Counted from the stretch's first letter, positions 22,649 to 34,050 are shown. The stretch is 64,000 nt of DNA from Deferribacterales bacterium (GCA_050251875.1 JBFWMA010000002.1:374606-438605); one strand, 5' to 3'. Notes: generated by a model not told the origin, from the sequence alone. Program-made: numbers and translations.

Positions 22649-22688
22649 AGAGAATGTTATACACTGGTAATAATAGATTTAACAGAAT

Positions 22689-22714
22689 AAAAAAAGGGGA
22701 GCCGAACTCCCCGT
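22689..22714 (-). terminator. Intrinsic terminator of the MCP-STAS unit
   Basis: Minus strand reads GGGGAG-TTCGG-CTCCCC-TTTTTTT. Confidence 0.8.
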
Positions 22715-22724
22715 TAAAAGAATA

Positions 22725-23021
22725 TTATTTCACATGTCTCACATGGAAGAGCTCCACAAGGCTGAGCTGATCCAGAAGAGCATAGAGTCTTTCATCCCAG
22801 ACATTTACATTCAGGGCGACTCCGTCCACATTGATTATTTTGATAAGAAAACCGATAACGGAAGACACCATGGAGAGCGAATCCCTGACGTTAAGAGTAA
22901 GGTTTCTGGCGCCGCCTGAAACAAGCTGCTGAATGGTTTGTTTGATCTCATTGTAGTTATCAAGAGACTTGATGTTGCCGTGAATCTCGACAGTATGATT
23001 GTCAATTACCTTAATTTCCAT
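22725..23021 (-). CDS. Small STAS-like protein
   Basis: IHGNIKS...LNVRDSLSMVSSVIGFLIK...LYALLDQLSLVELF resembles the STAS/anti-sigma-antagonist fold. Confidence 0.65.
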   Translation of the reverse strand: MEIKVIDNHTVEIHGNIKSLDNYNEIKQTIQQLVSGGARNLTLNVRDSLSMVSSVIGFLIKIINVDGVALNVNVWDERLYALLDQLSLVELFHVRHVK

Positions 23022-23042
23022 GTTCTTGCTCCTGAATTTATC

Positions 23043-24998
23043 TTAAACTTTAAACTTGTGCAGTTTTTCCGATACCTGACCGGATGTTGAGGCGAGAGCC
23101 CCTGCCACAGACTCCACTGTCTCCCCGGCTGTCTGGTTCTCCATAGAGAGTTCAGTGATGTCATCCATAGCTTTTATCATATCTTTTGTCTTTTTGGCAA
23201 TATAAGTACTCATTCTGGTAACCTCAGATGATACGGAAACTGTGGAATCCAGCTTGTTGCTGGTGTCGTCCGCCATCTGAACCAGTGAAAGAGACTGTTC
23301 GGAAGCGTCTTTCATGCTCACGGAAACGTCTTTTATCTCTTTATAGGCTGTGGATATGCTGCCCACGATCAGATTTGTGATCTTGCTGATATCCGCCAGC
23401 GATGTCTGTGTTCTCTCCGCCAGCTTTCGCACCTCGTCAGCCACCACGGCGAATCCTCTGCCGTGTTCCCCTGCCCTTGCCGCCTCTATGGAGGCATTGA
23501 GCGCCAGAAGGTTTGTCTGGTCGGCTATGTCTGATATTATGCTCAGAACGTTCTGAATCTCTCTCGCCTGATCGTTCAGATCCTGCATCGCCTCAGAAAG
23601 CCTCAGCTGGGAATCGCTGTCGGATACTATCCTCTCCACGACACGGTTCATGGACTGAACCAGCTCTTTCAGGCTGTCGCGTCCTCTTTCCAAAACCTCT
23701 GTGGTGGATACCGCCAGCTCTTCCGTTTTGTCCAGATTGATGGCTACTTCATTCACAAGCTGACTGCTGTCCTCCACCCTTGATTTCTGCTGGGTGATGT
23801 TGGAAGCCAGTGTGGAAGCGGCATTCATAAGGTCTCCGCTGGCATGAACCGCTTCTGTGATTCCCTCTATGGAGCTTTCCACTGTCGCCTGAACCTTTGC
23901 GATGAACACGTTCATGTTTTCGGCGGCGGTCTCCAGCTCGTCATTTGTTTTTATGTCGATTCTTTTTGTCAGGTCGCCTTCGCCCTGCGCCAGATCATGC
24001 GTTGTGGCTATCAGAACAGCCAGTTTAGACGTAACAACCTTGCGCAGCATGATGATAACCATCGCTGATATTATTATGAAAGATACCAGAGTCATCAGAA
24101 GCTGAATCTTAGCCAGTTTTTTAGCGGCGTCCACTTCTTCCAGAACCACGTTCAGATCTTTCGCTATGTAAAAGACGCCGACCTCTTTGTCTTCAAAATC
24201 CTTCACAGGATACTGAACCACAAAGTAACTGCCGGTGGTGAAATATTTCTTGTTATCCAGCTTGGAAGGGTCTGTGGCGCTTATCTCGTCAAAGAGCTTT
24301 TTGTCATATTCTCCGATCTGAGCCAGTTTATAACCGCCGAATGTCGGATTGTCTTTAACAAAGTCCGCTGTGGAGGCGATATCGTTTGAAATGCCTGTAA
24401 CTATGGATGCGCCGATATCCTGATGAGCTTTTTCCACCAGAGCGTCCACATTAAGCATGACCTCCAGAGAGCCTATATATTTTCCATAGTCCATCACGGG
24501 TGAGAGCCCTCTGAATGTGAGTCCCGACCTGCCTATCTCGAAAGATGCCAGAGGTTTGTGAGTGTTTTTCACAGCCTTTATGGTGTGTCTGAATCCGCCG
24601 AGATCATCGCCGTACTGCTCTGTTTTCCATGAGCGGATATAGCTTTTCATATCAGCGGTGTGGACGTGGATTTTATAATCAGTGTTGAGCTGTTTGGAAA
24701 GGGAGGATGTGAGCCCGGTCACTATCTCTATGGCGTCCTGTCTGTTGTCCGCCACCATGGCATCGATCAGGCTGGATATTTCAGAGATGCTGATAGCGTT
24801 TGTCAAACAAACGTCAAACTTGGACTCAATCGCTTTCGACATGTAGGTTGATGTGTTTGCGGTTTCCTGTTCGTAGACACCTTTTTCTATATCGTTGATA
24901 ACTTTAACAGAATACAGAAAAATAACACATACGGTGATAGCAATAACAACAAAAAGGGGCACAAGGAACTTCTTGGATATAGTGCTTTTCGCAGACAT
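23043..24998 (-). CDS. Methyl-accepting chemotaxis protein with dCache-type sensor and HAMP domain
   Basis: Two TMs, HAMP (GDLTKRI..DE) and signalling motif [38 protein letters not shown]. Confidence 0.97.
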   Translation of the reverse strand: MSAKSTISKKFLVPLFVVIAITVCVIFLYSVKVINDIEKGVYEQETANTSTYMSKAIESKFDVCLTNAISISEISSLIDAMVADNRQDAIEIVTGLTSSLSKQLNTDYKIHVHTADMKSYIRSWKTEQYGDDLGGFRHTIKAVKNTHKPLASFEIGRSGLTFRGLSPVMDYGKYIGSLEVMLNVDALVEKAHQDIGASIVTGISNDIASTADFVKDNPTFGGYKLAQIGEYDKKLFDEISATDPSKLDNKKYFTTGSYFVVQYPVKDFEDKEVGVFYIAKDLNVVLEEVDAAKKLAKIQLLMTLVSFIIISAMVIIMLRKVVTSKLAVLIATTHDLAQGEGDLTKRIDIKTNDELETAAENMNVFIAKVQATVESSIEGITEAVHASGDLMNAASTLASNITQQKSRVEDSSQLVNEVAINLDKTEELAVSTTEVLERGRDSLKELVQSMNRVVERIVSDSDSQLRLSEAMQDLNDQAREIQNVLSIISDIADQTNLLALNASIEAARAGEHGRGFAVVADEVRKLAERTQTSLADISKITNLIVGSISTAYKEIKDVSVSMKDASEQSLSLVQMADDTSNKLDSTVSVSSEVTRMSTYIAKKTKDMIKAMDDITELSMENQTAGETVESVAGALASTSGQVSEKLHKFKV

Positions 24999-25053
24999 AG
25001 GGTCACCATTAAATCAGTTGTATTTCAAATATATTACATTGTTTTTACAATAA

Positions 25054-26460
25054 TTACAATATCTCTGCCGCAATGGTGGCAAGACGGCTTCTCTCCCCTT
25101 TATCAAGATAAATTGTTGACGCATGTTTAAATCTGGCGGCTGTGAATTTCTCGGAAGCGTTCACAAGACCGTTGTCCCTTTCGTTCAGATAAGGGTTGTC
25201 TATCTGTTTCAGGTCGCCTGTGAATACCATTTTAGAGTTAACGCCGGCTCTGGTTATGATGGTTTTTATCTCGTGGGGGCTGAGGTTCTGCGCCTCGTCC
25301 ACGACAAGATATGTATCCATCAGAGTCCGTCCCCTGATATATGTCAGCGCCTCTATCTCCAGCATTTTGGATGATTTCAGATAGTCTATGGTCGCCTCGT
25401 GCATCTGGTGTTTGGACAGATATTCGTCTTTTACCTCTATTCTGCCCTTATCCATCATATAGATAATGAATTCCATATTGTCATAGATGGGTTTGAGCCA
25501 TGGATCTAGCTTCTCTGATATTCCGCCGGGGAGATATCCGAGATCTTTTCCCATGGGAATGGGCGATCTTGTTACGATCAGCCTTTTATATTTGTCATTA
25601 AGAACGGAATGAAGACCGGCGCAGAGTGCCAGCAGTGTTTTTCCCGTTCCGGCTATACCGATGGCGAAAACAACGTCTATCTCAGGATCCAGCAGAGAAT
25701 CCATCAGATAAATCTGTTTCCTGTTTGCGGGGGTCACGCCGAGTATAGGCTCGTTAGCGCTCAAAAGCCTGAAAGCGCCTGTGTCTATGCTGCCGTTGCC
25801 TATATATCTCACCAGAGCGCTTTTCTGGGGATTCAGAGCGCCTTTAAGGATGAAATATTCATTCACTCTGGGCATAAAGTCAGTGCTGTCCGCTCTGGTT
25901 ACCCCTTCGGGGATGGGAAGCTCTTTCTCGTGGTAAAGAGTGTTTATATAATCGTCCGGAACGAACAGGGTGTCGTCTGTCTGATCTATGAACGATGTGG
26001 TTGTTTCATGATAATAGTCTTCGGCGTCCAGCCCAACAGCGTTCGCCTTGATGCGCAGGTTAACGTCTTTTGAAACGATGATGGTTTCCAGCTTGGATTC
26101 CTGCTTAACCTGAAGAGCGGTGGCGAGGATCACGTTGTCGTTTTTGCTGAGGTCGAATCCGGCAGGAATGAGGCTTCTGGTCTTCTCATCCTGAAAGCGG
26201 ATGGTGAGCTTGCCGCCTGATTCCAGCTTTACGCCTTTTAAGAGGTCGCCCTCTTTTTCTTCTCTGTATTTCTCTACAATACGGATAAAACTGCGGGCGT
26301 TGTACCCGTTCAGATCGAGATTCTTTTTAAAAGAATCCACCTCTTCCAGAACTACTGCCGGAAGAATTATGTTGTTGTTGTCGAAAGTCTCTAAACAGTT
26401 GGGGGAATAAAGGATAACGTTTGTGTCGATAATAAAGTTCTTGACCTTTTTAGCTGCCAT
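25054..26460 (-). CDS. PIN-PhoH family ATPase
   Basis: N-terminal PIN (IDTNV...ND..IL...SKD) followed by PhoH (GIAGTGKT, LGYLPG, IRGRT, DEAQN, GDLKQID). Confidence 0.95.
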   Translation of the reverse strand: MAAKKVKNFIIDTNVILYSPNCLETFDNNNIILPAVVLEEVDSFKKNLDLNGYNARSFIRIVEKYREEKEGDLLKGVKLESGGKLTIRFQDEKTRSLIPAGFDLSKNDNVILATALQVKQESKLETIIVSKDVNLRIKANAVGLDAEDYYHETTTSFIDQTDDTLFVPDDYINTLYHEKELPIPEGVTRADSTDFMPRVNEYFILKGALNPQKSALVRYIGNGSIDTGAFRLLSANEPILGVTPANRKQIYLMDSLLDPEIDVVFAIGIAGTGKTLLALCAGLHSVLNDKYKRLIVTRSPIPMGKDLGYLPGGISEKLDPWLKPIYDNMEFIIYMMDKGRIEVKDEYLSKHQMHEATIDYLKSSKMLEIEALTYIRGRTLMDTYLVVDEAQNLSPHEIKTIITRAGVNSKMVFTGDLKQIDNPYLNERDNGLVNASEKFTAARFKHASTIYLDKGERSRLATIAAEIL

Positions 26461-26633
26461 TCATTTCTCCGGTGGGAAGTATCTCTGGTAATATACCGCA
26501 TAAAATACCCACAGGCAAGCAGCGTATTGATAATTTACCGAAATATGAGCTGCGGTAAAATATCTTTGAAGGTTTATTAGATTTTTCACCAATATGGGTA
26601 TATACATAATTATTGCTATCTGGAGGGATTATT

Positions 26634-26993
26634 TTGGAAACTAACAAACCTATTGTGCTCTATGTGGAGGACGAGGACATCATCAGGGGGCTGGTGGCAA
26701 AATTTCTGGAGAAGCATTTCGAGGTTATAACAGCGGCAAACGGCTGTGAGGCTCTGGAGAAATTTAACTCTCAGAAAGCTGATTTTATAGTCACAGACAT
26801 CACTATGCCTAAGATGAACGGCATCAAACTTATTAAAGCGCTGAAAGAGATAGACGGCAGCCTGCCCGTCTTTGTAACCACCGCCCACACAGACGAATAC
26901 AAGTCTATTGACGGTGTGGAGCAGATTTACGGAAAGCCTCTGGACTGCCGTAAAATGATTGACGATATCAAAAACCATCTGAATTATAACTAA
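26634..26993 (+). CDS. Single-domain response regulator (CheY-like)
   Basis: YVEDE, TDITMPKMNG, TTA and KP motifs; TTG start after GGAGG. Confidence 0.92.
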   Translation: METNKPIVLYVEDEDIIRGLVAKFLEKHFEVITAANGCEALEKFNSQKADFIVTDITMPKMNGIKLIKALKEIDGSLPVFVTTAHTDEYKSIDGVEQIYGKPLDCRKMIDDIKNHLNYN

Positions 26994-27035
26994 CTATTAC
27001 TTATACTGTGTTTCACCGAGCGGAGCGTTGACGAG

Positions 27036-27056
27036 GAAATGACAGGACGTCATTTC
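27036..27056. repeat. Hairpin between convergent genes
   Basis: GAAATGAC-AGGAC-GTCATTTC, perfect 8-bp stem without a T tail. Confidence 0.45.
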
Positions 27057-27061
27057 TGAGC

Positions 27062-27955
27062 CTAATAAATTGTAATGTGACTCGTATTGATAATGTATTT
27101 GAAATAAGCGTCCACTTTCAGAAATTCCAGATCATAGCTCTCAGGCAGAGGCACAGCCGACATATGCTTCAGAGCGTATAAAACCTCATTATCCAGATCA
27201 GGATATCCGCTGGACTGCAATATGCGGATGCTGGATATCTTGCCATCCTTCGAAATTACAAACGATGCCTGCACAAGCCCCTGTTCGCCTCTCATGCCCG
27301 CCGCCACGGGATACTGCCAGACCTGATACAGCATTCTGGCGAATTTGTGAAAATATGACTGATACTTCATCTTCACATACTGCATGGAGACAGAATCCTC
27401 TCCGGTGACAGGACCCTCGCCTTTGGCATATTTTTCTATGGTGTCTCTGGGGTTCATGATATCGTCCAGCCTCTTTTTCTCGGCTGCCTGACGCTCTTCT
27501 CTGAGCTGCTGTTCAGTCTTTGACGATATTTTCGGAAGCTCCGTCTTGTCTTTTTTTTCCAATACGGCGTCTTTGTCCTGCGCTTTCGGTTCGGCTCGTT
27601 TCTCCTGCGGCACAGTCTTTTTGTCTTCGCCTTTCTTTCCCGGAGTCTGCTTTTCGGAAGGTTTTTCGGAGCTTCTTCTCTCTTTCAGAGCAGGAGCCTG
27701 TTTTTTCAGCTCTGTGGGAATGTCCTCATCCAGAGGCATATCCTTATAGTTTTTCTGAGGAGGACTTTTCGGCTGGGGCTGGGGTTCGGGCGCGGGGGAT
27801 GGCAGAGGTGCTGGCGCCTTTTTCTCTTTGGGAACAATACTTACCTCAATGGGCTTCTCTTCCGGCTTCTCTTTTTTGTCGAAATGGACTATGCCGAGAA
27901 ACAACAGGTGGAGCAGCAGGGATAAAGCCAAAAACAACAGAAATATACCGCGCAT
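27062..27955 (-). CDS. TonB/TolA-family energy transducer
   Basis: N-terminal TM with SLLLH, Pro/Lys-rich linker, TonB_C (YPVAA..GEQG..ISKDG..SSG..LD). Confidence 0.92.
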   Translation of the reverse strand: MRGIFLLFLALSLLLHLLFLGIVHFDKKEKPEEKPIEVSIVPKEKKAPAPLPSPAPEPQPQPKSPPQKNYKDMPLDEDIPTELKKQAPALKERRSSEKPSEKQTPGKKGEDKKTVPQEKRAEPKAQDKDAVLEKKDKTELPKISSKTEQQLREERQAAEKKRLDDIMNPRDTIEKYAKGEGPVTGEDSVSMQYVKMKYQSYFHKFARMLYQVWQYPVAAGMRGEQGLVQASFVISKDGKISSIRILQSSGYPDLDNEVLYALKHMSAVPLPESYDLEFLKVDAYFKYIINTSHITIY

Positions 27956-28038
27956 GGATAAAACATACTCTTACATTTATTTAAATACAAGACACATTGT
28001 GGTAAAATTAGTTCTATAGGATATTATTTATAAAAGAA

Positions 28039-28068
28039 CTTGACATGGACAGACTCAAGTCTTATTAT
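28039..28068 (+). promoter_or_regulatory. HAIR (HspR) operator overlapping the sigma70 promoter of the hsp20 operon
   Basis: CTTGACA-N7-ACTCAAG (28039-28059; consensus CTTGAGT-N7-ACTCAAG). TTGACA (28040-45), 17-nt spacer, TATTAT (28063-68). Confidence 0.88.
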
Positions 28069-28104
28069 AGCGTCATAATCAAATCCGCTTAGGAGGACTA
28101 AACT

Positions 28105-28542
28105 ATGGCAATCGTTAGATGGGATCCTTTAAAAGATTTAATGACTATGCACGACAGGATGAACAAGATCTTCGATGAGACGCTGAGCAAAACCGCTCAG
28201 GCCGGCTATGGCGACTGGCTTCCGCCCGTTGATATTTATGAGACGGAGACAGACGTTGTGCTGGTGGCAGAGCTCCCCGGTGTTAAGGAAGAGGAGCTGG
28301 ATATCCAGATGTCGGACGGCGTGCTGACACTGAAAGGCGACAAAAAATACCCCATAGAGGGCGACAGCGACAATTACTACAGACTGGAACGCTCATACGG
28401 AAAATTTAACCGTTCCTTCACCATCCCCAGCACTGTGGATGTGAACAGCGTGAAAGCATCGCTGAAGGACGGTCTGCTGAAAATAACACTCAAAAAACGC
28501 ACAGAGATTCAGCCCAAGGTAATCAAAGTAGAAACAGAATAA
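28105..28542 (+). CDS. Small heat shock protein (Hsp20)
   Basis: PPVDIYET, ELPG, ERSYGKFNRSF and DGLLKI motifs. Confidence 0.97.
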   Translation: MAIVRWDPLKDLMTMHDRMNKIFDETLSKTAQAGYGDWLPPVDIYETETDVVLVAELPGVKEEELDIQMSDGVLTLKGDKKYPIEGDSDNYYRLERSYGKFNRSFTIPSTVDVNSVKASLKDGLLKITLKKRTEIQPKVIKVETE

Positions 28543-28553
28543 GTTGGTGAAAT

Positions 28554-29663
28554 ATGGCCGGAGACTATTACAGCATCCTCGGTGTGGCAAAAACAGCCAC
28601 CGAGGATGAGATCAAAAAAGCGTACAGAAAACTTGCGAGAAAATATCACCCTGACGTAAATCCGGGCGACAAATCCGCCGAGGACAAATTCAAGGAGATA
28701 TCCGAAGCATATGGTGTTCTGTCGGATGCTGAAAAGAGAAAGCAGTACGATTCTCTCGGTCATGACGCTTTTAAATCAGGCGGACACGGATACGATTTTT
28801 CCGGCGCTAACTTTGACGATATCAAGAACCATTTTTCCGGTTTTAACATGAACGATATCTTCGGAGACATGTTCGGCGGCGGTTTCGGAGGCGGATCACG
28901 CAGAAACCGAAACGCCCCCAGACGAGGCGAGGATATCAACTACACCATACAGATACCTTTTAAAGACGCCATATTCGGAAACGAATACGAAATAACCCTG
29001 AACCACACGGAAAACTGTGCCTCATGCGGAGGCAAAGGCGGCGACAAAACAGTGTGTCCCGCTTGTCAGGGTTCAGGTCAGACCATGACAAACAGAGGCG
29101 GTATGATATCCGTATCACCCTGCCCCACATGTAAAGGCAGAGGCGAGATACACCAGAACGTATGTTCCGTGTGCAAAGGCTCCGGATACAAAAACGTTCA
29201 GGAAAAGGTAAAGGTTAAGATACCGAAAGGAGTTGATAAAAACTCCAAGATAAAAATTCCGGGAAAAGGCAACGCCGGAGTGAACGGCGGTCCGCAGGGC
29301 GATGTTTATATCATCACCAATGTGAAAGACCACGAAATCTATGAGCGCAAAGGCAACAATGTCTATGTGACTGTTGATGTGGATATTTTCGAGGCGGCTC
29401 TGGGCGAGAAAATAAACGTCCCCACCCCCTACGGAACCATCAGCATGAGCATCCCCGCGGGCACACAGCCCGGGCAGACATTCCGGGTGAAGAACAAAGG
29501 CGTTCCCAGCCTGAAAGGCACAGCCATAGGCGACCTGTATGTCGTCATCAGGGTTAAGGTGCCGCAGATAGCCATCGAAAAAGACCGTGAGGCGCTGAAA
29601 GAGATGCAGCACAGATACGCCGACAACGAACGTGCCAGACTCATAGAAAAAGCGAGGCTGTGA
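28554..29663 (+). CDS. dnaJ: Chaperone DnaJ (class A architecture)
   Basis: J domain with HPD, G/F region, four CxxCxGxG repeats. Confidence 0.93.
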   Translation: MAGDYYSILGVAKTATEDEIKKAYRKLARKYHPDVNPGDKSAEDKFKEISEAYGVLSDAEKRKQYDSLGHDAFKSGGHGYDFSGANFDDIKNHFSGFNMNDIFGDMFGGGFGGGSRRNRNAPRRGEDINYTIQIPFKDAIFGNEYEITLNHTENCASCGGKGGDKTVCPACQGSGQTMTNRGGMISVSPCPTCKGRGEIHQNVCSVCKGSGYKNVQEKVKVKIPKGVDKNSKIKIPGKGNAGVNGGPQGDVYIITNVKDHEIYERKGNNVYVTVDVDIFEAALGEKINVPTPYGTISMSIPAGTQPGQTFRVKNKGVPSLKGTAIGDLYVVIRVKVPQIAIEKDREALKEMQHRYADNERARLIEKARL

Positions 29664-29664
29664 C

Positions 29665-30036
29665 ATGAGAGGCAAACCGCTATATATCATCAGCATAGTG
29701 TCGGAGATGTTCGACCTGCATCCCCAGACGCTCAGGCAATATGAGAGGCTCGGGTTCATAAATCCCCAGCGCTCTCAGGGAAACACAAGATTGTACTCAG
29801 ACGAGGATCTTGAAACTCTGAAATTCATACTGACACTCACAAAGGACATGGGCGTTAATCTGGCCGGTGTCGAAGTTATACTGAATATGCGAAATCAGAT
29901 AGACGAACTCCAGACACAGAACGACCAGCTTAGAAAATTTATCATGGAAAACGCCGATGCCCTGAACAGGTCAAAAGACGCTCTGGTGCCGGTACAGGAA
30001 AAGAAGGTTATCAAGGTCAGAATTGATAGGGATTAA
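29665..30036 (+). CDS. hspR: MerR-family heat shock repressor HspR
   Basis: [24 protein letters not shown]...GVNLAGV; follows dnaJ, with a HAIR site upstream of the operon. Confidence 0.9.
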   Translation: MRGKPLYIISIVSEMFDLHPQTLRQYERLGFINPQRSQGNTRLYSDEDLETLKFILTLTKDMGVNLAGVEVILNMRNQIDELQTQNDQLRKFIMENADALNRSKDALVPVQEKKVIKVRIDRD

Positions 30037-30041
30037 AAAAC

Positions 30042-32651
30042 ATGATTAATTTCAACAAGATGACTATAAAAGCTCAGGAAGCGGTTCAAGCCGCTCTTGA
30101 CAACGCAGAGACCAGAAACCATCAGCAGATAATGCCCGAACACCTTCTTCTGACCCTTATAGATCAGGAGGACGGGATCGTGACCCCTCTTCTGCACAAG
30201 GCGGGCGTGAACATAAACCTGCTCAGAACAGAAGTGGAAAAGATACTGGATAAACAGCCCAAAGTTGAGGGCAGTTACCAGACATATATGTCCCAGGAAG
30301 TGAAAAAGGCTCTGGACTATGCCTTCAACAGCCTGAAAAAATTCGGTGACGAATATGTCTCCACAGAACATATTCTGATAGGGATAGGCGAAAACGCCGG
30401 ATACGACCTGCGCACCGCCCTCTCCTCCGCCGGATATAATCTGAACACAGTTCTCAAGGCATATGAGGCGACAAAAGGCTCAAGCCGTGTGACAGACCAG
30501 AACCCCGAAGACAAGATGAACGTTCTGGACAAATACACCATAGACCTCACCCAGAGAGCCAGAGATGGCAAGCTGGATCCCGTTATCGGGCGTGACGAAG
30601 AGATCAGACGTGTGATACACGTCCTCTCCAGACGTACCAAGAACAACCCTGTGCTGATAGGCGAACCGGGCGTGGGTAAAACAGCCATCGCCGAAGGGCT
30701 CGCGCAGAGGATTGTGAACGGCGATGTGCCCGAAACCCTGAAAGACCGCACTGTGTCAGTGCTGGATATGGGCTCGCTCATAGCCGGAACAAAGTTCAGA
30801 GGCGAGTTCGAGGACAGGCTGAAAGCTATTCTGAACGCCATAAAAGAGCGCGAGGGAGAGATAGTGCTCTTCATAGACGAGATGCACACACTCGTGGGCG
30901 CAGGCAAAACAGACGGCGCGATGGACGCCGCCAACCTGCTGAAACCAGCTCTGGCAAGGGGCGAGCTCCACTGCATAGGCGCAACGACTCTAGACGAATA
31001 CAAAAAATATATCGAAAAAGACGCCGCTCTGGAGAGAAGATTCCAGCCGGTATATGTGAAAGAACCCTCTGTGGAGGACACAGTGTCCATCCTGAGAGGA
31101 CTTAAAGAAAAATATGAGGTACACCACGGTGTGCGTATAAAAGACAGCGCATTGGTGGCGGCAGCCCATCTGGCTAACAAGTACATCAGCGACAGGTTCA
31201 TGCCCGACAAGGCTATCGACCTGATAGACGAGGCGACAGCCAAGCTGAGGATGGAGATAGACAGTCTGCCCACCGAGCTGGACGAGCTGGAACGCAAAAT
31301 AACCCAGCACGAGATAGACAAACAGGCGCTGAAGAAAGAGAAGGACGCCGCCAGCGTGCAGAGGCTGGAAAAACTGGAAAAAGAGCTGGCAAACCTGAAG
31401 GAACAGGCATCCGCTATGCGCATGGCATGGCAGAACGAAAAGGATGTAATCCAGAAGGTGCGCACTATTAAAGAACAGATAGAGCAGGCGAAATATGAGA
31501 TGCAGAACGCCGAGCGGGTCGGAGACCTGAACAAAGCGGCGGAGATAAAATACAGCCGTCTGGTAGACCTTGAAAGACAGATGTCGGACGCCAACGCCAA
31601 ACTGACAGAGATGCAGAACGGCAAACGTATGCTGAAAGAGGAAGTGGACGAAGAGGATATAGCCGCCGTAATCAGCAAATGGACAGGCATCCCCGCCACA
31701 AAACTGCTGGAAGCGGAAGCCGACAAGCTGATCCACATGGAGCAGTGGCTTCATAAACGTGTGGTAGGACAGGAAAACGCCATATCCGCCGTGTGCGAGG
31801 CAGTGCGCAGAAGCAGAGCCGGACTGAACGACCCCAACAAACCGCTGGGATCATTCATTTTCCTCGGACCCACAGGCGTGGGCAAGACCGAGCTGGCGAA
31901 ATCTCTGGCAGAGTTCCTTTTCGACTCGGAAGACGCCATAGTGCGTATCGACATGAGCGAATATATGGAGAAACACGCCGTGGCGAGGCTCATCGGAGCG
32001 CCTCCCGGATATGTGGGATATGAGGAAGGCGGACAGCTTACAGAGGCAGTGCGCAGACGCCCCTACTGCGTCATCCTGCTGGACGAGATAGAAAAGGCGC
32101 ACCCGGACGTTTTCAACGTTCTTCTCCAGCTTCTCGATGACGGCAGGCTGACAGACAGCAAAGGAAGAACAGTCAGCTTCAAGAACTGTGTGGTAATAAT
32201 GACCTCGAACATCGCCAGCGACATGATTCACGAATCATTCGCAAAAGAAGGAAGCTGGCAGGAAAAATATAATGACATCCAGAAGATAGCCACAGGTCAG
32301 CTCTCTATGTATTTCCGCCCCGAGTTCCTGAACAGGATAGACGACATAATCGTCTTTCACCCGCTGGGCAGAGAGCACATAGCCGAGATAGCGGAGATTC
32401 TGATGAAAGGACTGGCTAAACGTATAGCCGAAAATAACATTGAACTCACATGGACCAAGTCTGTCATAGATGAAATAGTTTCCGCGGGGTTCGATCAGGC
32501 TTACGGAGCCAGACCTATGAAGAGAGCTATCAGAAAACTTATCGAAAATTTCATCGCCGAAAAGATAATAAAAGGCGAGCTGAAACAGGGAGATAAGGCG
32601 GAGCTTGACTTTCATAACGGAATGATGCACATTAATTTTTCCCAAGGTTGA
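30042..32651 (+). CDS. clpB: Chaperone ClpB
   Basis: Two AAA+ modules ([16 protein letters not shown]) with a long middle coiled coil. Confidence 0.98.
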   Translation: MINFNKMTIKAQEAVQAALDNAETRNHQQIMPEHLLLTLIDQEDGIVTPLLHKAGVNINLLRTEVEKILDKQPKVEGSYQTYMSQEVKKALDYAFNSLKKFGDEYVSTEHILIGIGENAGYDLRTALSSAGYNLNTVLKAYEATKGSSRVTDQNPEDKMNVLDKYTIDLTQRARDGKLDPVIGRDEEIRRVIHVLSRRTKNNPVLIGEPGVGKTAIAEGLAQRIVNGDVPETLKDRTVSVLDMGSLIAGTKFRGEFEDRLKAILNAIKEREGEIVLFIDEMHTLVGAGKTDGAMDAANLLKPALARGELHCIGATTLDEYKKYIEKDAALERRFQPVYVKEPSVEDTVSILRGLKEKYEVHHGVRIKDSALVAAAHLANKYISDRFMPDKAIDLIDEATAKLRMEIDSLPTELDELERKITQHEIDKQALKKEKDAASVQRLEKLEKELANLKEQASAMRMAWQNEKDVIQKVRTIKEQIEQAKYEMQNAERVGDLNKAAEIKYSRLVDLERQMSDANAKLTEMQNGKRMLKEEVDEEDIAAVISKWTGIPATKLLEAEADKLIHMEQWLHKRVVGQENAISAVCEAVRRSRAGLNDPNKPLGSFIFLGPTGVGKTELAKSLAEFLFDSEDAIVRIDMSEYMEKHAVARLIGAPPGYVGYEEGGQLTEAVRRRPYCVILLDEIEKAHPDVFNVLLQLLDDGRLTDSKGRTVSFKNCVVIMTSNIASDMIHESFAKEGSWQEKYNDIQKIATGQLSMYFRPEFLNRIDDIIVFHPLGREHIAEIAEILMKGLAKRIAENNIELTWTKSVIDEIVSAGFDQAYGARPMKRAIRKLIENFIAEKIIKGELKQGDKAELDFHNGMMHINFSQG

Positions 32652-32671
32652 GAGGACATCCGACACAATTA

Positions 32672-32680
32672 TGGTATAAT
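32672..32680 (+). promoter_or_regulatory. Extended -10 promoter element for the sigma factor gene
   Basis: TGGTATAAT (TGnTATAAT) 23 nt before the ATG at 32704. Confidence 0.6.
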
Positions 32681-32703
32681 CAACCATCGGAAGTATAACA
32701 AAT

Positions 32704-33630
32704 ATGAATGAAGAAATTGACGAGTCTTTGGACGAAAACGAACAATTAGATCAGGAAGATGAAAATATTGCTGAGGAAGCGGAGCAGGAATTCGTTCCTG
32801 CTCCCATCAGCGAAAACTCGCTGAAGCAGTACCTCAACAGTATATCACGCTATAAACCACTCACAAAAGAGCAGGAGTACGATCTCGGAGTGCGTATTCA
32901 GAAAGGTGACGAAGACGCTCTGAACAAACTCATCCTCTGCAACCTGAAATTTGTCGTATCCATAGCCAACCGATACAAAAATACCGGTCTGCCCATTTCC
33001 GACCTGATAAATCAGGGGAATCTGGGACTGGTGGAAGCGGCTAAAAGGTTCGACCATACCAAAGACGTTAAATTCATCTCATACGCCGTCTGGTGGATTC
33101 GCCAGTCGATCATTCAGGCTCTGGCGGAACAGTCAGGCACTGTAAAACTGCCCATCAAACAGGCGGGCATCCTTTATAAGATCAACGGCGCTATAGAAAA
33201 ACTGAACAAATCCCTTTCCAGAGAGCCCAGCGCTTTTGAGCTGGCTGAATATCTGAAAATGGATGAAGCCGATATAGAAAACGTTCTCAGGGTCTCCAGA
33301 AACTATCTGTCTCTGGAAGCGCCTATTAAAGACGGTGAAGACCGTTCTTTCATCGATCTGCTGGATTCCGGCGCAGGCGACATAGAGGAAGATATCATAT
33401 CAAAAACTCTGAAAGCCGCTCTGGACGACATAGTGGACGAGCTGGACGAGAGAGAATCCATGATAATCTCATGGCGATTCGGTCTGGACGGAGAAGCCCC
33501 GAAAACTCTGGAAGAGATAGGCGAAGAGATGAACATCAGCCGTGAACGTGTGCGCCAGCTGGAGACAAGAGCCCTGGCAAAACTGCGCAAAAAAGCTATG
33601 AAAAATAAATTGCAGGACTTCCTGAACTAA
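32704..33630 (+). CDS. Sigma-70 family RNA polymerase sigma factor (RpoD/RpoS-like, lacking region 1.1)
   Basis: Region 1.2 (YLNSI..L), region 2 (NLKFVVSIA, DLINQGNLGL, SYAVWWIRQ), region 4 (TLEEIG...SRERVRQLE). Confidence 0.94.
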   Translation: MNEEIDESLDENEQLDQEDENIAEEAEQEFVPAPISENSLKQYLNSISRYKPLTKEQEYDLGVRIQKGDEDALNKLILCNLKFVVSIANRYKNTGLPISDLINQGNLGLVEAAKRFDHTKDVKFISYAVWWIRQSIIQALAEQSGTVKLPIKQAGILYKINGAIEKLNKSLSREPSAFELAEYLKMDEADIENVLRVSRNYLSLEAPIKDGEDRSFIDLLDSGAGDIEEDIISKTLKAALDDIVDELDERESMIISWRFGLDGEAPKTLEEIGEEMNISRERVRQLETRALAKLRKKAMKNKLQDFLN

Positions 33631-34010
33631 TGAACACTTATAAACATGTCAGACCGGAACACCTGAACCACAACGGATACCTCTTCGGCGGCTTTATGCT
33701 TCTGTGGATAGACGAAGTGGGCTGGATGACAGCTTCTCTGGACTATCCGGGGTGCAAGCTGGTCACCGTGGCGATGGACAGCATAGTTTTCAAGCATCAG
33801 GTACTGAACGGGTCCATCCTGCGTTTCGAATCTGTCGCAGTAAAAATCGGCAGAAGTTCCGTTACATATAAAGTCGTTGTATTCGCCGATGAACCCGGCG
33901 GTGTTTCCGAAAAAATCGTCTTCTCCACCAACATCACTTTCTGCCGGATTAATGCCGATGGAAAAGCCGTAGCCCTTCCCAAATCAGACAAATTACGCTC
34001 TCAGGAATAA
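33630..34010 (+). CDS. Acyl-CoA thioesterase (hotdog fold)
   Basis: HLNHNGYLFGG..L.WIDE and GRSS motifs. Confidence 0.9.
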   Translation: MNTYKHVRPEHLNHNGYLFGGFMLLWIDEVGWMTASLDYPGCKLVTVAMDSIVFKHQVLNGSILRFESVAVKIGRSSVTYKVVVFADEPGGVSEKIVFSTNITFCRINADGKAVALPKSDKLRSQE

Positions 34011-34050
34011 CCCTCTAACAACGCTCGCCTTGTCATAATTATTTGACATT

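Noticed and set aside
30317..31738. 473-aa antisense ORF inside clpB, and many similar shadow ORFs such as 14..643 and 58120..59121
   Set aside because: They lie entirely opposite well-supported genes, have skewed Ser-rich composition or no motifs, and are explained by codon bias of the real strand.
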